Positions 44,976-54,219 of a DNA stretch of 64,000 nucleotides are shown here, piece after piece. The notes below the pieces were generated by a model that saw nothing but the letters and a program-made list of their open reading frames with translations, ran no database searches and was not told the origin of the DNA. Both the position numbers and the translations under genes were made by a program. Position 1 is the stretch's first letter, and every line of letters starts with the position of its first letter. This DNA comes from an uncultured Clostridia bacterium (lineage in GTDB: Bacteria; Bacillota; Clostridia; Oscillospirales; Acutalibacteraceae), in assembly GCA_946484175.1 (NCBI GenBank), contig CAMLSX010000001.1, positions 7,559-71,558 of the forward strand, in the 5' to 3' direction.

Positions 44976-46899
44976 ATCTCCTAAAACTCCCGGCCCCGCA
45001 GCAATGCCCGCAAATGGCAGGCGCTTCAAGCCCGGAACGATTCGCCGTCTTCTTTCTTACCTTGGCGCATACCGTATTCCCCTAATCCTGGTGGTGGTAT
45101 GCATCCTCATCAGCGCAGGCGCTTCTGTTGCCTCTGCCCTGTTCATCCAGACCCTGATCGATGATTTTATTACCCCCATGCTTTTGAATCAGAGCTCCGA
45201 TTTCTCTGAACTTCTGAAAGCGATTACAACCATGGGCTGTATTTTCGCCGCTGGTATTCTGGCTACTCTGATCTATAACCGGATGATGGCTGTCATTGCA
45301 CAGGGTACTTTGAAAGATATCCGTGATGCGATGTTCTCAAAAATGCAGAAGCTTCCGATCCGGTACTTCGATACCCACACACACGGCGATATCATGAGCC
45401 ACTACACCAACGATACAGACACTCTGCGTCAGATGATCTCTCAAAGTATACCGCAGGCATTCTCTTCCTGTGTTACTATTTTGGCTGTGTTCTGTTCCAT
45501 GCTGTACCTCAGTTTCTGGCTGACACTCTTTGTCCTGCTCGCTGTAGTTTTTATTCTTCGAGCCATCAAGAAAATTGCCGGAAAAAGCAGTACTTATTTC
45601 ATGAAGCAGCAGGAATCACTGGGCACTGTGAATGGTTTTATTGAAGAGATGATCAATGGACAGAAGGTTGTAAAAGTCTTCTGCCACGAAGAAAGGGCCA
45701 AAGAGGATTTTGACAAAGTAAATGATGAACTCTGCGAGTGCGCTACTGCTGCCAATATCTATGCCAACATTCTGATGCCAATCATGAACAATATCGGTTA
45801 TATCCTGTATGTGCTGCTGGCAGTTCTTGGCGGCGCCATGGCAATCGCCGGTATTACCAACTTCAGCCTGGCTGGAGCCGGTACACTGACATTGGGCACC
45901 ATTGCCTCTTTTCTCACGCTGTCCCGCAACTTTGTCAACCCCATTGCACAGGTTTCCCAGCAGCTGACCTCTGTCATCACCGCACTGGCCGGTGCCTCCC
46001 GTATTTTTGAACTGATGGATGAAGAACCGGAAGCGGATAACGGATATGTAACCTTGGTCAATGCCAAGTACGACAAGAACGGTGAACTGACCGAATGTGA
46101 TCACTCCACCAGCATGTGGGCATGGAAGCACCCGCATCATGACGGTACCGTAACCTATACCAAGCTGGAAGGCAATGTCGTTCTTGACCATGTGGACTTT
46201 GGTTATGTACCGGATAAGATCGTACTGCATGATATTTCGTTGTATGCGGAACCCGGACAGAAGATCGCCTTCGTTGGTTCTACTGGCGCTGGTAAAACAA
46301 CCATCACCAACCTGATCAACCGATTCTATGACATTGCAGACGGAAAGATCCGTTACGACGGCATTAATATCAACAAGATTAAAAAGGACGACCTGCGCCG
46401 CTCTCTGGGCGTTGTGCTTCAGGATGTCAACCTGTTCACCGGCACGGTTATGGAAAACATCCGGTATGGCCGCCTGGATGCCACCGACGAAGAATGTATC
46501 ACCGCCGCAAAACTGGCCAATGCAGATAAGTTTATTCGCATGCTGCCCCAGGGCTACAACACCGTACTGGAAGGTGACGGCAGCGGGCTTTCTCAGGGCC
46601 AGCGTCAGCTGATCTCGATTGCGCGTGCCGCAGTTGCTGACCCGCCGGTTATGATTTTGGATGAGGCTACCTCCTCTATTGATACCCGTACCGAAACCAT
46701 TGTGCAGAGTGGTATGGATGCCCTGATGTATGGCCGCACGGTGTTCGTTATCGCACACCGCCTGTCTACCGTTCAGAACTCTGATGTGATTATGGTATTG
46801 GATCACGGCCGTATTATTGAACGCGGCAGCCATAATGACCTGATTGCACAGAAAGGCCGTTACTACGCTCTGTATACCGGCGCTTTCGAACTGGAATAA
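44968..46899 (+). CDS. ABC exporter, fused permease/ATPase (heterodimer partner 2)
   Basis: Trimmed to the ATG at 44968 (AAAGGAGG RBS; 8-nt overlap). Walker A GSTGAGKTT, signature LSQGQRQLISIARA, Walker B MILDEATSSID. Confidence 0.88.
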   Translation: MNKSPKTPGPAAMPANGRRFKPGTIRRLLSYLGAYRIPLILVVVCILISAGASVASALFIQTLIDDFITPMLLNQSSDFSELLKAITTMGCIFAAGILATLIYNRMMAVIAQGTLKDIRDAMFSKMQKLPIRYFDTHTHGDIMSHYTNDTDTLRQMISQSIPQAFSSCVTILAVFCSMLYLSFWLTLFVLLAVVFILRAIKKIAGKSSTYFMKQQESLGTVNGFIEEMINGQKVVKVFCHEERAKEDFDKVNDELCECATAANIYANILMPIMNNIGYILYVLLAVLGGAMAIAGITNFSLAGAGTLTLGTIASFLTLSRNFVNPIAQVSQQLTSVITALAGASRIFELMDEEPEADNGYVTLVNAKYDKNGELTECDHSTSMWAWKHPHHDGTVTYTKLEGNVVLDHVDFGYVPDKIVLHDISLYAEPGQKIAFVGSTGAGKTTITNLINRFYDIADGKIRYDGININKIKKDDLRRSLGVVLQDVNLFTGTVMENIRYGRLDATDEECITAAKLANADKFIRMLPQGYNTVLEGDGSGLSQGQRQLISIARAAVADPPVMILDEATSSIDTRTETIVQSGMDALMYGRTVFVIAHRLSTVQNSDVIMVLDHGRIIERGSHNDLIAQKGRYYALYTGAFELE

Positions 46900-46908
46900 T
46901 ACAGCTTT

Positions 46909-46944
46909 TCCCGCTCTCAAACTATTGGGAGCGGGATTTCTTTT
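46909..46944 (+). terminator. Rho-independent terminator
   Basis: TCCCGCTC-(12-nt loop)-GAGCGGGA followed by TTTCTTTT. Confidence 0.7.
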
Positions 46945-47035
46945 GAAAACAGAAGAAAAATCGAAAAAATGGGATGATGCACCAGATAATTTGCATCATC
47001 CCTGTTTTTTGAATAAATTTTATGATTTTTTCCTT

Positions 47036-47064
47036 TTGACTAAAAGACAGGAAAGGTCTAAAAT
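47036..47064 (+). promoter_or_regulatory. Sigma-70 promoter of the ctsR operon
   Basis: TTGACT, 17 nt, TAAAAT. Confidence 0.6.
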
Positions 47065-47067
47065 TAA

Positions 47068-47084
47068 AGTCAATTAAAGTCAAA
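47068..47084 (+). promoter_or_regulatory. CtsR operator (tandem heptad)
   Basis: AGTCAAT-TAA-AGTCAAA matches the (A/G)GTCAAA-NAN-(A/G)GTCAAA CtsR box, immediately downstream of the -10 element. Confidence 0.8.
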
Positions 47085-47098
47085 CAGGAGGGATTCCC

Positions 47099-47557
47099 AT
47101 GCGAATGACAGATAGTGTCGTCAACTATATCCTCTCCCTGTTGGAAAGTGAACATGGCTGCGCGGAATTCCGCCGGAACGAACTTGCCGAAACGATGGGC
47201 TGTGTCCCCAGCCAGATCAGTTATGTAATCTCCTCCCGGTTTACGCCGGAACAGGGATATCTGGTAGAGAGCCGGCGCGGCGGGGGCGGATATATAAGGA
47301 TTACCCGCATCCAGCGGGATGCTCCTACGCTCCTCATGCATCTGGTAAACTCTATCGGGGAATCACTGGATGGGGCCAGCGCCGGAGTTATCCTGCGGAA
47401 CCTGGCGGAACGCAAAGTGCTTTCGCTGCGGGATGCCCACCTTATGGCAGCAGCGATATCAGACCGCGCCCTGGCTTCTGTGCCGCAGGAACAAAGGGAC
47501 ACGCTGCGGGCCGGGATTCTGAAAAATCTGCTCATGGCAGCCTACAGCGCCACATAG
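47099..47557 (+). CDS. ctsR: Class III stress-gene repressor CtsR
   Basis: 152 aa, ...PSQISYVISSRFTPEQGYLVESRRGGGGYIRI... (CtsR HTH plus glycine-rich loop). Confidence 0.92.
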   Translation: MRMTDSVVNYILSLLESEHGCAEFRRNELAETMGCVPSQISYVISSRFTPEQGYLVESRRGGGGYIRITRIQRDAPTLLMHLVNSIGESLDGASAGVILRNLAERKVLSLRDAHLMAAAISDRALASVPQEQRDTLRAGILKNLLMAAYSAT

Positions 47558-47602
47558 GATAGGAATAGTTTGACAGAAAATGACCATCAGGAGGTATGGA
47601 AT

Positions 47603-48130
47603 ATGATATGCCAGCATTGCGGGAAAAATCCCGCCACCACCCATATCAAACGGATTGTAAACGGGGAACTTTCTGAAATCGCCCTGTGCGGTGATTGTGC
47701 CAGAAAGCTCGGATATAACGGCTTTTTTGGCGACTGGGGGCTTCAGCTCGGAAATCTTCTGGGCGGTTTTCTGGAAGAGGAGCCGGAACAACAGCAGGAA
47801 CTGCGCTGCAAGGGCTGCGGCTGCACCTTTGACGAGATCGCACGCACCGGGCGGGTTGGCTGTGCCCAGTGCTATCAGACCTTCCGCCAGCGCCTCTCCC
47901 CAATGATTCAGCGGATTCACGGGAATACCAGCCATCGCGGGAAAAGCCCGCTGAAAGCCCAGCTGACGCTTCGTCCACAATCTGCTATGCAGGTCGTGCA
48001 GGAAGAGAGTTCCCCTTTGGAGGAAAAACAAAAGCTGCTGCGTGAAGCCGTAGAAAAACAGAATTTTGAGCTCGCCGCAGTCCTGCGTGACGAAATCAAA
48101 GCGCTGAAGGAGGGGAAACATCATGAATGA
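47603..48130 (+). CDS. mcsA: McsA (UvrB/C-motif, zinc-finger activator of McsB)
   Basis: Trimmed to the ATG at 47603 (AGGAGG RBS). CQHCG...CGDC...CKGCG...CAQC zinc fingers and a C-terminal UVR motif FELAAVLRDEIKALK. Confidence 0.88.
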   Translation: MICQHCGKNPATTHIKRIVNGELSEIALCGDCARKLGYNGFFGDWGLQLGNLLGGFLEEEPEQQQELRCKGCGCTFDEIARTGRVGCAQCYQTFRQRLSPMIQRIHGNTSHRGKSPLKAQLTLRPQSAMQVVQEESSPLEEKQKLLREAVEKQNFELAAVLRDEIKALKEGKHHE

Positions 48131-49160
48131 AATGAAAAAATGGTATGAAAAGAGCGGCGCCGAGGGAGATGTTGTCATCAGCACCCGCGTGCGTTTGGCA
48201 CGGAATCTTCGCGGCGTCCCCTTCCCCAGCCACTTGGACGACAGCCGGAAAAAGCGTGTTCTGGAAGCCATCCACGAAGCGGTGATTGGCCCCAATAGTT
48301 TATTCTCGGGTTTTTTCATGTGGATCCCGGTTGCTTCCCTCTCGCGCACCGCTGCGGTTTCTCTGGTAGAGCGGCACCTGGCCAGCCCTGAATTCATCTC
48401 CCATCCAGAGGGAAGGGCTCTTCTCCTCTCGCGTGATGAAAGCATTTCTGTGATGATCAACGAAGAAGACCACATCCGCATCCAGGTTCTACAGGAAGGC
48501 CTCTCTTTAAAGCAGGCCTGGAAAACCGCCAGCCGTCTGGACGACGCACTGAATGAGCGGCTTTCGTTTGCTTTTGACGAACACTTGGGATATCTGACGC
48601 AGTACCCCACAGATTTGGGTACCGGGATGCGCGCTTCTCTGATGCTGCATCTGCCTGCACTGGAAGAAAGCGGCATTATCAACCGCACGGCCTCGAATCT
48701 TTCCAAGCTGGGGCTTTCTTTGCGCAGTGCTTCGGGAGAAGGCGGAGAGGAAAACGGCTGCCTGTACCAGCTCTCCAACCGCGTGACGCTGGGGTTAAGC
48801 GAAGAAGAAGCGCTCTCTAACCTGGAGACCATTTCGATGCAGCTGCTGCGGCAGGAACGCGGTGCCCGCGAAAAGCTGATGCAGCGGATTGAAACGCAGG
48901 ATACGGTTGCTCGTTCGCTGGGCATTTTACAGACTGCACGGCTGCTGGGCACCCGTGAGTTCATGAAGCTGCTTTCCAATGTCCGTCTGGGTGTTTCCAG
49001 CGGATTTCTCAAGGGGATTGCTCCTGAAACATTGAATCGGCTCAGTGTACTGGGGCAGCCTGCTACCCTGCGCCTGCCGTCCGGACAGGAAGAACTCCCG
49101 GGCATGGAACAGGAGCTTCTGCGCGTCGGGTTGGTGCGAAAAACACTCTCCGGCGCATAA
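48123..49160 (+). CDS. mcsB: Protein-arginine kinase McsB
   Basis: 345 aa, VISTRVRLARNLRGVPFP...NEEDHIRIQ...TDLGTGMRAS (phosphagen-kinase-like fold). Confidence 0.92.
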   Translation: MNEMKKWYEKSGAEGDVVISTRVRLARNLRGVPFPSHLDDSRKKRVLEAIHEAVIGPNSLFSGFFMWIPVASLSRTAAVSLVERHLASPEFISHPEGRALLLSRDESISVMINEEDHIRIQVLQEGLSLKQAWKTASRLDDALNERLSFAFDEHLGYLTQYPTDLGTGMRASLMLHLPALEESGIINRTASNLSKLGLSLRSASGEGGEENGCLYQLSNRVTLGLSEEEALSNLETISMQLLRQERGAREKLMQRIETQDTVARSLGILQTARLLGTREFMKLLSNVRLGVSSGFLKGIAPETLNRLSVLGQPATLRLPSGQEELPGMEQELLRVGLVRKTLSGA

Positions 49161-49202
49161 ACAGAAAAGACTCATTAATTTTGTAATAAGGAGTGAAGAA
49201 GG

Positions 49203-51665
49203 ATGTACCGTTTCAGCGGATTTACGGAAAAAGCCAATGCGGTATTGAACCGCGCAATTGAAAAAGCCTGTGAACTGGGACATGAATACGTGGGAAGCGA
49301 GCACATGCTTCTCGGAATTCTGGAAATTGGCAACAGCGTTGCCGCAGAGGCGCTGCGGCGTCTTGGCATTACCCCGGAAAAACTGGAAACCATGGTCAAA
49401 GAAAAAATTGGTGTTGGTTCCCCCACCAAAGTGACCCCCGCAGACTTTACCCCCCGCAGCAAACGCATCTTACAGATTGCAGCTGCACAGGCAGCGCAGC
49501 TGGGGCACGGTTTTGTGGGAACCGAACACCTTTTGCTGGCCATTCTGGAAGAAGGGGAAGGATACGGCGTACGCTTCCTGGCAGCACTGGGCGCCAGCCC
49601 CCGGGATATCCTGAAAGGCCTGACAGAAGTTCTGGGCGGGATGCACCGTACAGAACCGGCAGGAGAAAAGAAAGCCGAATCCGGCGAAAAGAACGGCACC
49701 AAAACACTGGAACAGTTTGGCCGCGATCTGACCCGCATGGCCGCTGAAGGAAAAATCGACCCTGTCATCGGACGGCAGTCAGAAATTGAGCGTGTCATCC
49801 AGATTCTGTGCCGACGCACCAAAAATAACCCGGTGCTCATCGGTGAGCCGGGCGTAGGCAAAACAGCGGTAGCAGAAGGGCTGGCTTTAAAAATCCACAC
49901 CGAAGAGGTCCCCGAACTGCTGAAAGGCAAGCGGTTGATCGCGCTCGATTTGACAGGTATGGTAGCCGGGACCAAATACCGGGGCGATTTTGAAGAGCGC
50001 ATCAAATCGGCCATTGAAGAAGTAAAAAAATCAGGAAACATTATCCTGTTTATTGATGAGCTGCATACGATTGTGGGAGCAGGTGCTGCCGAAGGCTCTA
50101 CAGATGCCGCCAATATCCTCAAGCCCTCTCTGGCGCGCGGCGACTTGCAGGTAATCGGTGCTACGACAATCAGCGAATACCGCAAGCATATTGAAAAGGA
50201 CGCTGCTCTGGAACGCAGGTTCCAACCTGTTATGGTGGGCGAACCTTCGCAGGAAGAAGCCGTACTGATTCTTCGCGGGCTTCGCGACTGTTATGAGGCC
50301 CATCACAAAGTCAGGATTACCGACGCTGCTATTGATACAGCCGTGAAACTCTCTTCACGCTATATTTCTGACCGGTTCCTTCCCGACAAGGCCATTGACC
50401 TGATCGACGAAGCAGCTTCCCGCGTGCGGCTGCGTGCTTTCACAGCGCCGGACAGCATCCAAAAGCTGGAAAAACGAGTGCGCGAACTGGAACAGGAAAA
50501 AGCGGCCGCTATCAATGCACAAGATTTTGAACGGGCTGCTTCCATACGGGATGAGCAAAAAGAGCTGCAAGGCCGTCTGGACGAACAACAGGAACACTGG
50601 AACGACCAGAAGCAGGAACAAGACGGGGAAGTCACGCCGGAAGATATTGCCGGGATTGTCTCTATGTGGACAGGAGTTCCGGCTGCACGCCTCACCGAAG
50701 AAGAGGGGCAGCGATTGCTCCGGCTGGAAGAAACACTGCACAAGCGCATTGTCGGGCAGGAAGAAGCGGTTTCCGCAGTGGCGCGGGCAATCCGCCGCGG
50801 ACGGGTAGGGCTTAAAGACCCCCGCCGCCCTATCGGTTCTTTCCTCTTCCTGGGGCCGACCGGTGTGGGAAAAACAGAACTGTGCAAGGCATTGGCAGAG
50901 AGCATGTTTGGCGACGAAGATGCTATGCTGCGCTTTGATATGTCGGAATACATGGAAAAGCACACCGTTTCCCGGCTGGTGGGGTCGCCGCCCGGCTATG
51001 TGGGATACGATGAAGGCGGGCAGCTGGCAGACGCTGTGCGCAGCCATCCCTATTCGGTGGTGCTCTTTGACGAAATCGAAAAGGCGCACCCGGATGTATT
51101 CAACCTGCTGCTGCAAATTCTGGAAGATGGACGTCTGACGGATTCACAGGGACGGCATGTGGACTTTAAAAATACGGTCATCATCATGACCTCCAACGTG
51201 GGGGCTAAAATGATGACAGAACACAAACAGAGCCTTGGATTTGCCGCAGAACAAACCCCAGAGGCAGACAATGCCCGGATGAAAGAACGGGTGATGGAGG
51301 AACTGAAAATGCTATTCCGGCCGGAATTCCTGAACCGTGTGGATGACTGCATTGTGTTCCGGAAGCTGACAGAAAGCGATCTGCATCAAATCGCACAGCG
51401 GATGCTGGCGCAGCTGCAAAAGCGCCTGTCCGATTTGGGGATGCAGGTTGATTTTCCGAAAGAAACCGTGGCCGAAATTGCGCGCGAAGGGTTTGACCCG
51501 ATATATGGCGCCCGTCCTCTTCGCCGTGCCATACAGACCCGAATTGAAGACCCGCTGTCTGAAGAGATGCTTGCCGGGAATCTACATGCAGGCGCACCGG
51601 CTGCATGTGTTTTCCAAGACGGCAAATTCTGCTTTCAACCCCAGACAAAACCTATAGCAGAATAA
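49203..51665 (+). CDS. clpC: ATP-dependent Clp protease ATP-binding subunit ClpC
   Basis: 820 aa. Clp N-repeat, two AAA+ modules (GEPGVGKTA; GPTGVGKTE) and a UVR motif (FERAASIRDEQKEL). Confidence 0.95.
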   Translation: MYRFSGFTEKANAVLNRAIEKACELGHEYVGSEHMLLGILEIGNSVAAEALRRLGITPEKLETMVKEKIGVGSPTKVTPADFTPRSKRILQIAAAQAAQLGHGFVGTEHLLLAILEEGEGYGVRFLAALGASPRDILKGLTEVLGGMHRTEPAGEKKAESGEKNGTKTLEQFGRDLTRMAAEGKIDPVIGRQSEIERVIQILCRRTKNNPVLIGEPGVGKTAVAEGLALKIHTEEVPELLKGKRLIALDLTGMVAGTKYRGDFEERIKSAIEEVKKSGNIILFIDELHTIVGAGAAEGSTDAANILKPSLARGDLQVIGATTISEYRKHIEKDAALERRFQPVMVGEPSQEEAVLILRGLRDCYEAHHKVRITDAAIDTAVKLSSRYISDRFLPDKAIDLIDEAASRVRLRAFTAPDSIQKLEKRVRELEQEKAAAINAQDFERAASIRDEQKELQGRLDEQQEHWNDQKQEQDGEVTPEDIAGIVSMWTGVPAARLTEEEGQRLLRLEETLHKRIVGQEEAVSAVARAIRRGRVGLKDPRRPIGSFLFLGPTGVGKTELCKALAESMFGDEDAMLRFDMSEYMEKHTVSRLVGSPPGYVGYDEGGQLADAVRSHPYSVVLFDEIEKAHPDVFNLLLQILEDGRLTDSQGRHVDFKNTVIIMTSNVGAKMMTEHKQSLGFAAEQTPEADNARMKERVMEELKMLFRPEFLNRVDDCIVFRKLTESDLHQIAQRMLAQLQKRLSDLGMQVDFPKETVAEIAREGFDPIYGARPLRRAIQTRIEDPLSEEMLAGNLHAGAPAACVFQDGKFCFQPQTKPIAE

Positions 51666-51674
51666 AAAATAAAA

Positions 51675-51720
51675 AGGCTGAACCGATTCTACTTTGAAAC
51701 GGTTCAGCCTTTATTCTTCT
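51675..51720. terminator. Bidirectional rho-independent terminator
   Basis: AGGCTGAACCG-(14-nt loop)-CGGTTCAGCCT followed by TTATTCTTCT, with an A-run upstream. Confidence 0.75.
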
Positions 51721-51728
51721 GTTATGTA

Positions 51729-52523
51729 TTAAAAAAGGATAGTATGCCCATCCAGATTTTCTTTTGGAGCGATTGCCAAACGGAAATCACGATTCTCCTG
51801 CAAACCTGCCATGCGCAATGAACAAAGCGCCGTCTGATAAGCCAGATCGGGCGTATTATTTTCACTGCTCAAATGCGCCAGCAAAAACCGGTTGGTCCCC
51901 CGCCCTGCCAGATGCGGCAGATAATCTGCACAGGCAGTATTGGAAAGATGGCCGCGCTGCGACAAAATCCGGCGTTTCAGGGAATACGGATACGGCCCGT
52001 TTTGCAGCATGCCGATATCGTGGTTGGACTCCATGACGACAAAGTCGGCGCCTTCCATCATCTTCTCCACTTCGGGAGTGATAATTCCCAAATCAGTGGA
52101 AAAACTGACACGATGATCGTCTGCGGTCTTGACAAGATAACCATACCCCTCGGCACAGTCGTGCGAAGTGTGAAACGGGATAATCTCCATGCCGGCGCAC
52201 TGCACCCCCTGTGCATCAATCACATGACAGGGGAACTTTCCATTGAGAATCTGCGCATCATTAAGCGCTTCAAAGGTTCCCTGGGAAGCATATACCGGAA
52301 TATGATTGCGCCCGGCAAAAACGCGCAGTCCCTTTACATGGTCGCTGTGTTCATGCGTGACAAAAATCCCCTCAATCGCAGAAAGGGGAATTCCACATTT
52401 TGCAAGCATTTCTGTCAGCTGTTTGGCGCTTCGTCCAGCGTCGATCAACACGCCGTGCTCCTCAGAGCCGATATAATAGCTATTGCCGCTGCTCCCGCTG
52501 AAAAGGGGACAAAGTCTTGCCAA
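51729..52523 (-). CDS. MBL-fold metallo-hydrolase (YycJ/WalJ-like)
   Basis: 264 aa, GSSGNSYYI...THEHSDHVKG (HxHxDH). Confidence 0.85.
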   Translation of the reverse strand: MARLCPLFSGSSGNSYYIGSEEHGVLIDAGRSAKQLTEMLAKCGIPLSAIEGIFVTHEHSDHVKGLRVFAGRNHIPVYASQGTFEALNDAQILNGKFPCHVIDAQGVQCAGMEIIPFHTSHDCAEGYGYLVKTADDHRVSFSTDLGIITPEVEKMMEGADFVVMESNHDIGMLQNGPYPYSLKRRILSQRGHLSNTACADYLPHLAGRGTNRFLLAHLSSENNTPDLAYQTALCSLRMAGLQENRDFRLAIAPKENLDGHTILF

Positions 52524-52564
52524 AATCCGCCAACCTCCATGCTGAAAAAATCAAAAAGTAAGCC

Positions 52565-53848
52565 TTATCCTACCATAACGGCAGTCGGGCCGGGGGTTTC
52601 AATCCGACAGATATCAGCCCCAAGTGAGCGCAGTTTTTCCACAATAGCATCATACCCACGCTCGATATACTGGATATCTTCGATTTGCGTCGTACCCTGT
52701 GCGCACAAGGCGGCAATCACCATCGCAGCACCTGCACGCAGGTCTACTGCCTTTACCGGTGCGGCTACCAGATGGTCAACACCCTCTACCACCGCCAGAC
52801 GGCTGTCCACCGAAATCTGCGCACCCATACGGCGAAGCTCTTCCACATAGCGGAAACGATTGTCCCATACGCCTTCGGTAATAATGCTTGTACCCTTGGC
52901 AATGGAGAGCAGCACTGCAATCTGCGGCTGCATATCGGTGGGGAAACCGGGGTGCGGCATGGTCTTTACATTACATTTATTCAGCGCACCAGTACGGGTC
53001 ACCCGGATCGCCTCGTCAAATTCTTCGATCTGAACACCCATTTCTTCCAGCTTGGCGGTAATCGATTCAAGGTGCTTGGGAATGACATTTTTAATCAGTA
53101 CATCACCGCATGTTGCAGCGGCAGCCACCATATAGGTGCCCGCCTCAATCTGATCCGGAATAATGGAGTATGTCGTTCCGCGCAGATAATCAACGCCGTG
53201 AATTTTAATCACATCTGTACCGGCGCCGCGAATATCGGCACCCATGCTGTTCAGGAAGTTTGCCAAATCTACCACATGCGGTTCACGGGCAGCATTTTCG
53301 ATCACGGTGAGCCCTTTGGCTTTTACAGCGGCCAGAATAATATTAATCGTAGCGCCGACTGTCACTACATCCAGATAAATGTGGCTGCCAACCAAATCGT
53401 CTGCTACAACGTCTACCATACCGCCATCGAGTGAATAAGAAGCGCCCAGTGCCATAAAGCCCTTCAAATGCTGATCAATAGGACGTACGCCAAAATTACA
53501 GCCGCCGGGCATACCTACAACAGCATGATGATAACGGCCTAAAAGCGCACCGAGCAGATAAGAAGACGCACGCATCTGCCGCACCAGTTCGTAAGGAGCC
53601 ACGTGAGTACGAACTGTACGGGGATCAATTTCCAGTGTGCTGCTGTTAATGGAACGCACACCGGCTCCCATATCCTGAAGAATGTGAGCCATTGTGTTAA
53701 CGTCGGTAATGTTGGGAATATTTTCAATACGGCATACGCCGTCCGATAAAATCACAGCCGGAAGAATTGCGACAGCTGCGTTTTTTGCGCCGCTGATGGT
53801 CACTTCGCCAGACAGCCGATTGCCGCCTGTAATTACAAATTTATCCAA
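52565..53848 (-). CDS. murA: UDP-N-acetylglucosamine 1-carboxyvinyltransferase
   Basis: 427 aa, TTG start 9 nt after AGGAG. ISGAKNAAVAILPA...GGCNFGVRPID (catalytic Cys loop). Confidence 0.93.
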   Translation of the reverse strand: MDKFVITGGNRLSGEVTISGAKNAAVAILPAVILSDGVCRIENIPNITDVNTMAHILQDMGAGVRSINSSTLEIDPRTVRTHVAPYELVRQMRASSYLLGALLGRYHHAVVGMPGGCNFGVRPIDQHLKGFMALGASYSLDGGMVDVVADDLVGSHIYLDVVTVGATINIILAAVKAKGLTVIENAAREPHVVDLANFLNSMGADIRGAGTDVIKIHGVDYLRGTTYSIIPDQIEAGTYMVAAAATCGDVLIKNVIPKHLESITAKLEEMGVQIEEFDEAIRVTRTGALNKCNVKTMPHPGFPTDMQPQIAVLLSIAKGTSIITEGVWDNRFRYVEELRRMGAQISVDSRLAVVEGVDHLVAAPVKAVDLRAGAAMVIAALCAQGTTQIEDIQYIERGYDAIVEKLRSLGADICRIETPGPTAVMVG

Positions 53849-54149
53849 AATGACACACTCCTAAATATTCAATTTAACAGCCAAATTGCTGCTCAAAAAA
53901 CTTATTATATAATAATTATGTGTTAAAATTCAAAAGAAGTTTTTCACCTGACATACGGCAAAAAATATCAAAAGAAAAACATCTGTGCTTACAGTATTAA
54001 TTCACCATCACCCAGATGCTTCATTCTATTTTATGTCTTCTTAAATCATAATACACTGAGAAATAAAAGTCAATATCTAACAAAAAAAACCATAACTTGT
54101 TGTGCAATGATTGAAAGTATTTCTGAATACAGGAAAAATATCTGTATAA

Positions 54150-54195
54150 AAACAGGGCACAGCTGTATCATAACTTACAATTGTGCCCTGTTTTT
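54150..54195 (-). terminator. Rho-independent terminator after the M23 peptidase gene
   Basis: AAACAGGGCACA...TGTGCCCTGTTT stem flanked by A/T runs. Confidence 0.7.
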
Positions 54196-54219
54196 AATTT
54201 AGAATCAATAAATATTATC

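Noticed and set aside
53849-54219. 370-bp AT-rich intergenic region upstream of murA as a possible sRNA or mobile remnant.
   Set aside because: I found only promoter-like A/T tracts and the M23 gene terminator, with no repeats, ORFs or structured motifs. It is probably an ordinary promoter/UP region for murA.
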